In this document: piece by piece, positions 51,270 to 60,611 of the stretch
How the letters are laid out: each line of letters begins with the position of its first letter
Position numbering within the stretch: position 1 is the first letter of the stretch
From: an uncultured Anaerolineales bacterium
GTDB lineage: Bacteria; Chloroflexota; Anaerolineae; Epilineales; Epilineaceae
DNA length: 60,611 nucleotides
NCBI GenBank assembly: GCA_964475075.1
Contig: CAYYVH010000001.1
Coordinates: forward strand, 1 to 60,611
Direction of reading: 5' to 3'
Notes under the pieces: generated by a model
Database searches by the model: none
What the model was told of the DNA's origin: nothing
What the model saw: only the letters and a program-made list of their open reading frames with translations
Program-made: the position numbers and the translations under genes

Positions 51270-54200
51270 TCAATCTTGGGCGAGGTGACAATAGGGTAGG
51301 TAGACTGGCGAGCCGGGCCCAGCTGCCTGCCAGTGGCGGATCTCGGCTTGAGCTTCGGTTCCCAGGTTCGCGGGGTAGCTCAGCAGGAACCCGGCCGGCC
51401 CGGTGGGCGGTCGGGGATCGCAGCCGAGCTGTACGTCCACGCTGCGGCTCTCACCCGGTCCTACCTTGAGCCCGCCGACGGGCGACGCGGCGGCCCGGCC
51501 GTTGGGTCCCGTTAGCGACAGGCATGCCAAAGCGGCCTGGTCGAAGGTGAAGGCGGCACCAAGCTCGAGTCCGTCCGGGGCGGCATCCTGACCGGGGAAG
51601 GTTCCGGTCACCGGATGGTCGCCCGCCGTTTCCATGGCCAACACGGCGAAGCGGAAAGCGACGTCTCCTCTCGCGAAGTCCAGGCCGAGGCTCTCGGCGC
51701 TGACCTGCAGGGCAGATGTCGTCTCGTCCAGGTCAAAGCGCTGGCCGAAGAAGGATGTGTTGGTCTGATCGAAATCGGGCCGTAGCGTAGCGGCGATCAG
51801 CGGAGCGTGCGCGACCAACCATCGGTTGGCCAGCTCCGGCATGTGGATCACGTAGCGCCCCGGGCGGTTGAACACGACCCGATCGAAGGTGCCGTCCAGG
51901 TCCAGATCCAAGTAAACGTAGAACTCGGCCTCAAGGGGCAGCCGGCGTTGCCCCCGTGTGTGTATGGCCCACTCCAGCACGAAGTCTCCGGGGTCGGACG
52001 CTATCGGTCCGAAGCGAACTCCCACGGCGTCGATGTCCAGCTTGGCGGGGAAGGACGGGTCCTGGGCAGACTCGGCGGGATCGGTGCCGGCCAGGGCGAA
52101 GGCCTCGACATCCCCCTCGGCACCGCAGGAATTGGTCCAGCTGAGGCGGCGGACCTGACCAGTATAATGGAAGACCAAGGGCCCGCGCACCGCTGGTGTG
52201 ACGCAGGCATGACTTCTCGGTAGCAGGTGGAACGGCACGCTAACGGTCTCGCTGCCGAGCGGTGCCCCCTGGGAGTCCTGTGGCGTGATCCGTACGAAGC
52301 CCTCGATTTCCAGCTCTTGAACGCCTGCCTCCTGGTTGACCAAGGACAACCCGCGAAGGTTCCACGGGCGGAGCTTCCGTGGGTCGATATGAAGGAGGAC
52401 ATCCACGCGACCCTCATCGCCGCCGCCGATGGTCAGGCTTTCCGGTCGGACAGTGACGGTCACGCCCTGCCCGGCGTCCTCGTCCGCGAAGGCAATCGCC
52501 GTCTCGGCCCGGTAGGTGCGGGGCTCGCCCGAGAGATTGCGCACGGTTAGCCGGCGCGCGATCTGGACTGCGTCGTCCAGAACGTGGATGTGACCGAACC
52601 CCAGTTCGGCGATTCCCTCGTTGGACCGGACCAACGTCGTCCCCCGGGCGCTGCGCCAGGCGTTCACCCGGCCCGCGCCCTGCCGGGCGACGGCAGCTGG
52701 AGGGCCGCTGTCGCCATTCTCGAGGCGGACGACGGGATCGGCGTAGTTCATTACCATGGCCGCGATATCGGACGAGTCGAGGCCGAGCTGCGCCTCGGAA
52801 TTGCGTTGTGCTACGAGCGCCGCCACGCCGCTCACGAAGGGGGTGGCCATGGACGTGCCGCTGTGAGTTGCACCCGACATGCCACCGGCCCGGATGGCCG
52901 AGAAGATGCTGGAGCCCGGAGCGGTGATCTGGGGCTTCAGTGCCCCGGTACGGCTGGGGCCGCGGCTGCTGAACGACGAGATCGTGTCGGTCAAGTTCTC
53001 GACCTCGACCTCCAGCTCGGGGCCCATGGCCGCCGTCACGGCGGTGCCGCCCTCGAGCAAAGCCCTCAACCGCAGGCCCGGCTCGCGGTCGATCATCACC
53101 GCCGGGACTGGCGGTGGGTTGGCGCAATCGGAGGGCGCGCCGCAGCCCATGACGCCCTTTTCCTCTTCGTTGGTGAACACGACGGCCGCAATCGCCTTCT
53201 CCTTGGCGGCGTTCCAGAGCTTGTCGTAGTACGTGCACTCGCCCCGCTCGATGAGGGCGATCTTGCCCGTGAGATCCTGGGCCGGCGGCGGCCGATTCCC
53301 TGCCTCGTCGTTGCAGGCCAGGCCGTACCAGCCCAGAGGCTCGGTGATCGGACCGGTGACACCGAGCCGTGGCGTGAAGTCGGCTTCCAGGGCGGTCGCC
53401 CCCAATGTGACGGTGTTGGCGCCGCTGATCCACTCCGCCAGGATCCCGCGCGCCTTCTCCGCCTTGCCCGGTGGGTAGGCGCTGGCCACGCTCAGGGCTA
53501 GCGTGGCAGCGCCGGGCTGGCCGACGATGAAGGGTGTCGGGCCCGAGTCGCCAGCCGACGCCACCACGGTGGCACCGGAGCGGACCACGGCGTCGACAGC
53601 CTCGTCGATGGCGGGCAGCCCCGTTGCCCACGGGAAGCCCATGCTGAGGTTGACCACATCGATCTTCCCGTCCGGGGGTTTCCCGGGCACTTCCAGGCCC
53701 ATGTTGTGGGCGACGATCCACTCCAGGGCGCCGATGGCGAGGTCGGTCCGCGGCGGGGCGCCGATGGGGCTGCCATACACCTTCAGGGCGACCAGGCTGG
53801 CGCCGGGGGCCACGCCGGCGTGGACCTTCTCCGTTCCCTCGCCGGCGATTACGCTCGCTACAGCCGTGCCGTGAGCCAGCCCGTAGGGCTCCAGCGGGTC
53901 GTCATCGGGGTGGGGCACGGTGTCGCATTGAGGGAAGGGCACGGGCAGGCGGGCGCAGTCCGGTGAGTAGTACTGGCCGGCCAGATCGTAGCCGCCCACG
54001 ACCTTGGCCGTGGGGAACGTGCCCGGCTCCACCACGTTCTCGTCGTTGTCGTAATAAGCCGTGCGTGTACCGGATCCGCCGAAGGTGATGTGCGTGTAGT
54101 CAAGCCCGGTGTCGACGACGGCGACGGTGACGTCACGCCCGTCGAAGCCCAGTTCCTCGCGGACCTGGGTCGCACCGATGTACGGTACGGCATCGGCCAG

Positions 54201-54719
54201 ATCCGGCTCGAGGATGGGCATCCGGGAGACGGCGACCACTGAGGGCATTCGGGCAATAGCCGCCATCTGGTCGGCCCTGGCGTGGACCAGGAAGCCGTTG
54301 TGCACCACCTGGTAGGCGTCGACGACCACCGCGCCGGTGTTCTGGATTGCCATCAAGGCCATATCCTGGCGGCGGGTGATGGCGTCGCGGAGAGAGTTCG
54401 AGGTGGAGGGGGACAAGGGGTGCCGGTGCACCGGAGGAGCGTTCGTATCCTCGCCGAGAGCACCGCCCCCGCTGGCCTCGTACAGCTCCCAGAGCGTCGG
54501 GCCCTCGAGGCTGACGAGGAGGCTCACCTGATCCTGGTGTGCTCCGGTGCACAACGGGCCGGCCAGGTCTGGTCCGTTTCCGGACACCACCTCCAGTCCC
54601 AGTACCGGCAAAACCGCCGGCGGCAATTCGACCCCCGGTCCGAGCACCCCAAGGATGAGCAGGGCCGCCAGGGTGACGGCCGGCGGCAAGGCTGCATACC
54701 GGAGGAATGGTGGATTCAT
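51270..54719 (-). CDS. secreted S8 (subtilisin-family) serine peptidase with PA domain and long C-terminal extension
   Basis: 1149 aa from ATG 54719. Signal/TM segment. Catalytic VAVVDTGLDYTH (Asp), HGTAVASVIAG (His), GTSMATPFVSG (Ser). PA-type insert. About 450-aa C-terminal region unassigned. Confidence 0.88.
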   Translation of the reverse strand: MNPPFLRYAALPPAVTLAALLILGVLGPGVELPPAVLPVLGLEVVSGNGPDLAGPLCTGAHQDQVSLLVSLEGPTLWELYEASGGGALGEDTNAPPVHRHPLSPSTSNSLRDAITRRQDMALMAIQNTGAVVVDAYQVVHNGFLVHARADQMAAIARMPSVVAVSRMPILEPDLADAVPYIGATQVREELGFDGRDVTVAVVDTGLDYTHITFGGSGTRTAYYDNDENVVEPGTFPTAKVVGGYDLAGQYYSPDCARLPVPFPQCDTVPHPDDDPLEPYGLAHGTAVASVIAGEGTEKVHAGVAPGASLVALKVYGSPIGAPPRTDLAIGALEWIVAHNMGLEVPGKPPDGKIDVVNLSMGFPWATGLPAIDEAVDAVVRSGATVVASAGDSGPTPFIVGQPGAATLALSVASAYPPGKAEKARGILAEWISGANTVTLGATALEADFTPRLGVTGPITEPLGWYGLACNDEAGNRPPPAQDLTGKIALIERGECTYYDKLWNAAKEKAIAAVVFTNEEEKGVMGCGAPSDCANPPPVPAVMIDREPGLRLRALLEGGTAVTAAMGPELEVEVENLTDTISSFSSRGPSRTGALKPQITAPGSSIFSAIRAGGMSGATHSGTSMATPFVSGVAALVAQRNSEAQLGLDSSDIAAMVMNYADPVVRLENGDSGPPAAVARQGAGRVNAWRSARGTTLVRSNEGIAELGFGHIHVLDDAVQIARRLTVRNLSGEPRTYRAETAIAFADEDAGQGVTVTVRPESLTIGGGDEGRVDVLLHIDPRKLRPWNLRGLSLVNQEAGVQELEIEGFVRITPQDSQGAPLGSETVSVPFHLLPRSHACVTPAVRGPLVFHYTGQVRRLSWTNSCGAEGDVEAFALAGTDPAESAQDPSFPAKLDIDAVGVRFGPIASDPGDFVLEWAIHTRGQRRLPLEAEFYVYLDLDLDGTFDRVVFNRPGRYVIHMPELANRWLVAHAPLIAATLRPDFDQTNTSFFGQRFDLDETTSALQVSAESLGLDFARGDVAFRFAVLAMETAGDHPVTGTFPGQDAAPDGLELGAAFTFDQAALACLSLTGPNGRAAASPVGGLKVGPGESRSVDVQLGCDPRPPTGPAGFLLSYPANLGTEAQAEIRHWQAAGPGSPVYLPYCHLAQD

Positions 54720-54737
54720 GGTGGGGCAAGACTGTAG

Positions 54738-54887
54738 CACAGGCCGGGGTGTGTCCGAAATCGCCATGCCGCCGTGATGCACAACAACGGGTTGACCGAG
54801 ATCATCTCCACCGACAAGCACTTCGATCAGATCGAGGGTGTCACCCGCCTGGACCCCCTGGCGCTCTTCCGTCATGTTCGGCGGTGA
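54738..54887 (+). pseudogene. PIN-domain (VapC-like) toxin C-terminal remnant
   Basis: ..AAVMHNNGLTEIISTDKHFDQIEGVTRLDPLALF.. resembles the last approximately 35 residues of VapC toxins. No N-terminal part or antitoxin gene is present. Confidence 0.35.
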
Positions 54888-54890
54888 ACT

Positions 54891-56264
54891 CTATCCCCTT
54901 GGCCGATATGCGTTCGTGGCCTCGGGCAGCAGCTTGCCGACGATCTCCCCGATTCGCGTCAACACCGTCCGATCCTCCGTGGCGGCCAGGACGTAGAGCT
55001 TCCACAGCCCGCGATAGGCCAACTCCAGGTCCCGCAGGCGCGGCACCCGGTCGGCGAAGTCGGCTAGCGGCCGGATGCCCTCGACGCCGGGGAAGCGGAC
55101 GTGGGTCTGGGCCTCCTTGAGCTGCATGTGCCGGGCTGGGCAGTAGAGGGCGACCGTCGGTGGAGCGATCCCCGCTCCTTTCAGAGCCTTCTCCACCTCT
55201 TGCTCGAAGGCGCGACGCGCTTCGTGGCGCCCGGGGGCGAAGAAACGGTCGACCAGCTCCTCCTGCGCCGCCTCGTTGGCGTAGAGCGGGAACACGCAGG
55301 CGCGCTTCAGGAGTTGGCGGGACCGGAAGCGGCGGATGATCTCCCGGTGCCGGGCGGCGGCCTCGGAGTCGGCGGGCGCATGGGCTTCCAGGAGGTGCAA
55401 CAGCGAGTCGTCGGTTTGGTCGTAGAGGACTTCCGGAACCAGGCCGCCGTGCAGCAGTGAGCTTTCCGCCACCTGGGCGACCATCGCGCCGGCGGTGATC
55501 TTGGCGTGATGGTAGTAGACCCGCTCCGAAAAGAAATAGCGCGCATCCAGCACCCGAACCAGCTCGCTCAGGATGTCCTCGCGCACCAGGCCCCGCTTGG
55601 CCACGTCCACGAACAGGTGGCCGGTGTCACGATCGACCATGAAGTAGTTGACGATCCGGTCGTCGTAGACCAGGTTGAGTCCGGTGTAGTATGCGTCCCG
55701 CCGGAGGTAGTCCAGGATGTCGGCGCAGACCGTGTCAGACAGTAGCTCGCGCCAGTAGGGGGGGATGCGTGGTAGATCAGGCTCGTTCGCGGGCAAGAGG
55801 GTCGACAGGACCTCCTCTCGGAGTTCCATCTCATCCAACACGGCCCCGATGCCCGTGTCTGGCGAGAGCGCCTGGCGGAAACGCGCCGGCGAATCATGGC
55901 GCTCGAGGATGCCGCTTTGGTCCTCGATGTTGTGCCCGAAGGGAATGTGGGTGATGTCGTGGACCAGGGCGGCTGCGCGGAGGATCCGTGCCTCGTCCTC
56001 GGCGATGCCGATGAGCTCCCGCGGGGCCAACGAGCGGTTGAGGTTCACTGCCTCGACGAGGCGCACCACGAGGTGCATCGTTCCCAGGGAGTGCTCGAAG
56101 CGGGTGTGCTGCGCGCCGGGATAGACCAGGTGGGCGGTGCCCAGCTGCCGCACGCCGCGCAGGCGTTGCATCTCCGGCGTGTCGAGGAGGCGCAACTCCT
56201 CCGCCGTGACGTGGATGTCCCCGTGCACGGGGTCCCGGATCACTGCGTGGCGCTGGGGGGGCAT
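54891..56264 (-). CDS. HD-domain dNTP triphosphohydrolase-like protein (dGTPase/SAMHD1 family)
   Basis: 457 aa. IRDPVHGDI, RLRGVRQLG, TRFEHSLGT, AALVHDITHIPFGH. Same strand, 30 nt after metK. Confidence 0.8.
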   Translation of the reverse strand: MPPQRHAVIRDPVHGDIHVTAEELRLLDTPEMQRLRGVRQLGTAHLVYPGAQHTRFEHSLGTMHLVVRLVEAVNLNRSLAPRELIGIAEDEARILRAAALVHDITHIPFGHNIEDQSGILERHDSPARFRQALSPDTGIGAVLDEMELREEVLSTLLPANEPDLPRIPPYWRELLSDTVCADILDYLRRDAYYTGLNLVYDDRIVNYFMVDRDTGHLFVDVAKRGLVREDILSELVRVLDARYFFSERVYYHHAKITAGAMVAQVAESSLLHGGLVPEVLYDQTDDSLLHLLEAHAPADSEAAARHREIIRRFRSRQLLKRACVFPLYANEAAQEELVDRFFAPGRHEARRAFEQEVEKALKGAGIAPPTVALYCPARHMQLKEAQTHVRFPGVEGIRPLADFADRVPRLRDLELAYRGLWKLYVLAATEDRTVLTRIGEIVGKLLPEATNAYRPRG

Positions 56265-56293
56265 GGTTCACTCCTCGCGCGGGCTGATAACGG

Positions 56294-57568
56294 CTACGTT
56301 GCCGCTTCCTCCACCGCCCGGTCCGTGCTTGCCCGCGCCGAGTCCGGCTCGCCCAGGCCCACGGCGGATGCCAGCACCGCCGCGCGGTCCGTGTTCTCCC
56401 ACGGCAGATCTAGGTCCGGTCGGCCGAAGTGGCCGTAGGCCGCGGTCTGCTTGAAAATGGGGCGCCGCAGGCCCAGGTCGCGGATGATGACCCCCGGTCT
56501 CAGGTCGAAGTGCTCCTTCACCAGCGTGCGGATGCGCTCCGGGTCGATCTTCTCGGTGCCGAACGTCTCGATGTTCAGTGACACCGGCCGGGCTACGCCA
56601 ATGGCGTAGGCGACCTGGATCTCCACGCGGTCGGCGATCCCGGCGGCCACGAGGTTCTTGGCTACCCAGCGCGCTGCATACGCACCCGAACGGTCCACCT
56701 TCGTGGCGTCCTTGCCGCTGAAGCAACCGCCGCCGTGACCGGCCATGCCCCCGTACGTGTCCACGATGATCTTCCGCCCGGTGAGCCCAGCGTCTCCCAT
56801 CGGTCCGCCAATCACGAAGCGCCCGGTCGGGTTCACGAGGAACCGCGTGTCCTGTATGTACTCGACGGGAATAGACGGCTTGATGACGTGCTCGACGACA
56901 TCATGTTGTATCTGCTCGCTCGATACATCATCGTCGTGCTGAGCCGAAACCAGCGCCGTAGCAACGCGTACCGGCGTGCCGTACTCGTACTCCACGGTCA
57001 CTTGGCTCTTGCCGTCCGGGCGCAAGTAGGGCAGCAGTCCGCTCCTGCGCACCGCGGCCAGGCGCCTCGTCAGGTTGTGGGCCAGGTGGATCGGCGTCGG
57101 CATCAACTCGGGCGTTTCGCCACAGGCGAAGCCGATCATCATCCCCTGGTCGCCCGCGCCGATGGCCTCGATCTCGTCGTCGGTCATCTCCCCCCGCCTG
57201 TGCTCCATGGCCTCGTCGACGCCCACGGCGATGTCCGGCGACTGGCCCTTGATCGAGGTAATCACACCACAGGTCTCGCAGTCGAAGCCGTACCGGGCAT
57301 CGGTGTAGCCGGCCTGGCGGATGGTCTCCCGCACGATCTCGGAGATATCCACATACCCCTTTGTCGTGACCTCACCCATGACCACCACCAGCCCGGTCGT
57401 CACGGCTGTCTCACAGGCCACACGGGACATGGGGTCTTGGGCGAGCATGGCGTCCAGTGTGGCATCCGAGATCTGGTCGCAGATCTTGTCGGGATGGCCC
57501 TCGGTCACCGATTCGCTGGTGAAGACGAACCGGGGCGAGGTTAGCAGGGAATTCGTCATCGCGATCAT
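56294..57568 (-). CDS. metK: S-adenosylmethionine synthetase
   Basis: 424 aa. [62 protein letters not shown]. Confidence 0.95.
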   Translation of the reverse strand: MIAMTNSLLTSPRFVFTSESVTEGHPDKICDQISDATLDAMLAQDPMSRVACETAVTTGLVVVMGEVTTKGYVDISEIVRETIRQAGYTDARYGFDCETCGVITSIKGQSPDIAVGVDEAMEHRRGEMTDDEIEAIGAGDQGMMIGFACGETPELMPTPIHLAHNLTRRLAAVRRSGLLPYLRPDGKSQVTVEYEYGTPVRVATALVSAQHDDDVSSEQIQHDVVEHVIKPSIPVEYIQDTRFLVNPTGRFVIGGPMGDAGLTGRKIIVDTYGGMAGHGGGCFSGKDATKVDRSGAYAARWVAKNLVAAGIADRVEIQVAYAIGVARPVSLNIETFGTEKIDPERIRTLVKEHFDLRPGVIIRDLGLRRPIFKQTAAYGHFGRPDLDLPWENTDRAAVLASAVGLGEPDSARASTDRAVEEAAT

Positions 57569-57580
57569 CGCTCCTTGTGT

Positions 57581-58870
<1,290 letters not shown>

Positions 58871-58923
58871 TTATGGCTCCTTGTTTCGCTGTCTCCGAGC
58901 GTCGTGTCGACGGTCGGTTCGCT

Positions 58924-59112
58924 TCAGGGCGGTTGAACCGTTCTGGCGAGCGCCGCAGCGGCGCCGATCGCCGAATTCCCCCGGGGCGCCACGTCACGAA
59001 TGGCGTCGGCGACCTGGCCAACGGTGCTCAGAGATAACACCTTGAGTCGCTCCGGAAGGAGCCGTTGGTCGATCGTCCGGACGGTGTCGTCTTCCCAGAA
59101 AACGGTTCGCAT
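58924..59112 (-). pseudogene. mtnA: methylthioribose-1-phosphate isomerase (MtnA/eIF-2B family) N-terminal remnant, 62 codons
   Basis: MRTVFWEDDTVRTIDQRLLPERLKVLSLSTVGQVADAIRDVAPRGNSAIGAAAA.. matches MtnA N-termini (..W.DG.V.LIDQ..LP......C....EV..AI..M.VRGAPAIGV.AA). It then stops; full-length proteins are about 340 aa. No RBS. Confidence 0.6.
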
Positions 59113-59121
59113 GGCTGGCAC

Positions 59122-59151
59122 AAAAAACGTCTCTCCGGCCACGGAGAGACG
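59122..59151 (-). terminator. intrinsic terminator (expression platform of the SAM-I riboswitch)
   Basis: Minus strand: CGTCTCTCC-GTGGCC-GGAGAGACG followed by TTTTTTG, 13 nt after the aptamer P1 3-prime strand. Confidence 0.8.
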
Positions 59152-59164
59152 CGCGTTCGAATCC

Positions 59165-59269
59165 CTCTCATCTGCCAGGCGATGGTCCGCCTGCCGGAAT
59201 TGGCACCTGGACTGTGGTCTGGTTGCCGGGGCTTCGCCGGGCCGGTCCCTCCACCCCTCTGGATAAGAG
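59165..59269 (-). promoter_or_regulatory. SAM-I riboswitch (S-box) aptamer
   Basis: Minus strand: CUCUUAUCCAGAGGGGUGGAGGGACCGGCCCGGCGAAGCCCCGGCAACCAG..GGUGCCAAUUCCGGCAG..GCAGAUGAGAG. It matches the conserved S-box core (UUAUCAAGAG.GGUGGAGGGA.UGGCCC..UGAA.CC.GCAACC...GGUGC.AAUUCC.GCAG...AGAUGAG). P1 is CUCUUAUC/GAUGAGAG. Confidence 0.9.
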
Positions 59270-59295
59270 CGCACGCTGTGCGATTGTCGGCGGCT

Positions 59296-59323
59296 ATTCT
59301 ATCACACGGGCAGCGCGGGTCAA
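59296..59323 (-). promoter_or_regulatory. promoter of the S-box leader
   Basis: Minus strand: TTGACC (59323-59318), 16-nt spacer, TAGAAT (59301-59296) with an extended -10 TGa. About 25 nt upstream of the aptamer. Confidence 0.6.
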
Positions 59324-59396
59324 AACCGGCATGGCAGCATGTCGGTGTGCGCCATGCCGGTGCGGGTCGAAGACGCGTGTCGAGTGGAGGTGAGTG

Positions 59397-59504
59397 GTGC
59401 ACGCGGATGCTGTTGAACACGGAAATGGCGTGGCATCCGTGGTCGAAGTCTCCGAGGCTGATTTCGAAGAACAGGTCCTCCGGCGCTCTCACACCTGCCG
59501 GTAG
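59397..59504 (+). pseudogene. thioredoxin-like N-terminal remnant (low confidence)
   Basis: RBS GGAGGTG then GTG 59397. ..GVASVVEVSEADFEEQVLRRSHT resembles thioredoxin N-termini. The frame hits TAG-TCG-TAG (59502-59510) just before the expected WCGPC motif. PVVV appears in another frame and no CGPC motif follows. Confidence 0.25.
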
Positions 59505-59888
59505 TCGTAGGTCAATCGGCGGCCGGGCGGCGGTGAGACTGCGGCGGCCCGGGCTATACTTGCCGAGATGATGCACTCGCCCGTATCCCGGCCCCGGCGC
59601 CGGAAACACCTGCTCCTGGTCATAGGCGCTGCCCCCGGCCGGGCTCGTGGAGCCCGCCGTTGGCTCGAGAAGTCCGGCGGCGACTTGGACCTGTTCGTGG
59701 AGCTCATCGACTTCCGGGAAACTCGCCACTTCGTCCGCTCGGTCACCGAGCACCGCGCGCAGTACGAGCGGTTGTACCCACAGCTGCAACCCTGACCACG
59801 GTCAGGCGGGTTGGTCCTTCACGGCGGGGGGCCGTGGCCGGCCAGGTAGACGACGTTCGGGCTTCCCAGATGGTGCGACCCGGGCTAA

Positions 59889-60611
59889 CATGGCAGTCAT
59901 GGCGAAGGTGACTGGTCCGTCGGAATCGCCGTCCACGCCCGCCCAGCTCGTTGAGACGCTGCGCCGGAAGATCCGACGACATGCATACCTCTACTATGTG
60001 CTCGATGCACCGGAGATCACCGACGCGGAGTACGATTCCCTGGTCGAAGCGCTGAAGGAACTGGAGGCGGAACATCCTGATCTGTTGACCCCGGACTCGC
60101 CCACCCAGCGCGTGGGTGCCGAGGCGGCCGAGGGCTTCGAGCGTGTCGCCCACGTGGAGCCCATGCTCTCCCTGGAGAACGCCTTCGACGCCGCGGCAGT
60201 CACCGCGTGGGGGGAGCGCATCGCCCGCCGCCTGGGGCCCGGTGCGATGCTGGATCGCTTGGGATTCGTGGTGGAGCCCAAGATCGACGGCGTGGCGGTG
60301 TCGCTGACATATCAGGACGGGGTGCTCGTGCGGGGCTCGACCCGCGGTGACGGCATCGTGGGCGAGGACATCACCGGCAACCTCCGAACCGTCCCAAGCG
60401 TTCCCCTACGGATACCGGTGGTGGCCGACGGGCTGCCCGACGGACTGGTCGTGCCGTCCGAGGTTGCAGTGCGGGGCGAGGTGTTCATGCCCCTGGGCGC
60501 CTTCTCGGATCTGAACGCGCGGCTCGAGGCGGCGGGCGAGCGCCCGTGCGCCAACCCCCCCAACGCGGCCGCCGGGAGCGCGGGGCAGCGCGACCCCGCG
60601 GCGACCGGGAC
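59889..60611 (+). CDS. ligA: NAD-dependent DNA ligase, N-terminal part (runs off window)
   Basis: Open to the window end (241 codons). RHAYLYYVLDAPEITDAEYDSL, SPTQRVG, MLSLENAF, adenylation motif VEPKIDGVAVSL, TRGDG..GEDIT.NLRT. Confidence 0.9.

Noticed and set aside
59028-59789. 253-aa minus-strand ORF
   Set aside because: It runs straight through the SAM-I aptamer, its terminator and its promoter, so it cannot be a real gene over that stretch.

Overview
High-GC, densely coding bacterial chromosomal window with about 55 supportable genes. No rRNA, tRNA, CRISPR array, transposase or integrase was seen.

Left to right:
- A decayed doc toxin/antitoxin pair.
- The de novo NAD operon nadA-nadB-nadC, with an adjacent Nudix-wHTH (NrtR/NadQ-like) regulator, a strong promoter and a perfect palindromic candidate operator.
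- A bactofilin-like membrane protein whose lipoprotein signal peptide is split across frames.
- A four-gene minus-strand module: a PCYCGC-motif lipoprotein with an in-frame TGA at a CxxC position plus a SECIS-like hairpin, two CuA-type cupredoxins (one fused to cytochrome c), and a NapH/NosR-like polyferredoxin.
- An orphan promoter / small ORF / terminator leader in front of an ABC-2 exporter.
- A CotH/lamin-tail protein.
- An ECF sigma / anti-sigma / beta-propeller trio.
- A secretin-less Tad/Flp pilus locus (flp, cpaB, tadZ/cpaE, cpaF, tadB, tadC, three pseudopilins), followed by a pseudokinase-FHA protein and a 1315-aa vWA adhesin-like protein.
- The prepilin peptidase lies 8 kb further on. 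It is translationally coupled to a vWA-TM-tandem Ser/Thr kinase that carries a 2 x 1020 bp internal duplication.
- Housekeeping genes: queG, tpiA, a family-4 UDG, rnj, lctP, metK, ahcY, ligA.
- Envelope-glycan-type membrane proteins, one fused to a glutaminyl cyclase.
- A large S8 peptidase.
- A clear SAM-I riboswitch.

Several gene remnants (doc, GNAT, S9 peptidase, vapC, mtnA) point to local decay. The lipobox signal peptides, Thr/Pro-rich linkers and missing secretin suggest a monoderm-type envelope; this is inference only. Many long ORFs in the supplied track are antisense shadows typical of high-GC DNA and were not called.
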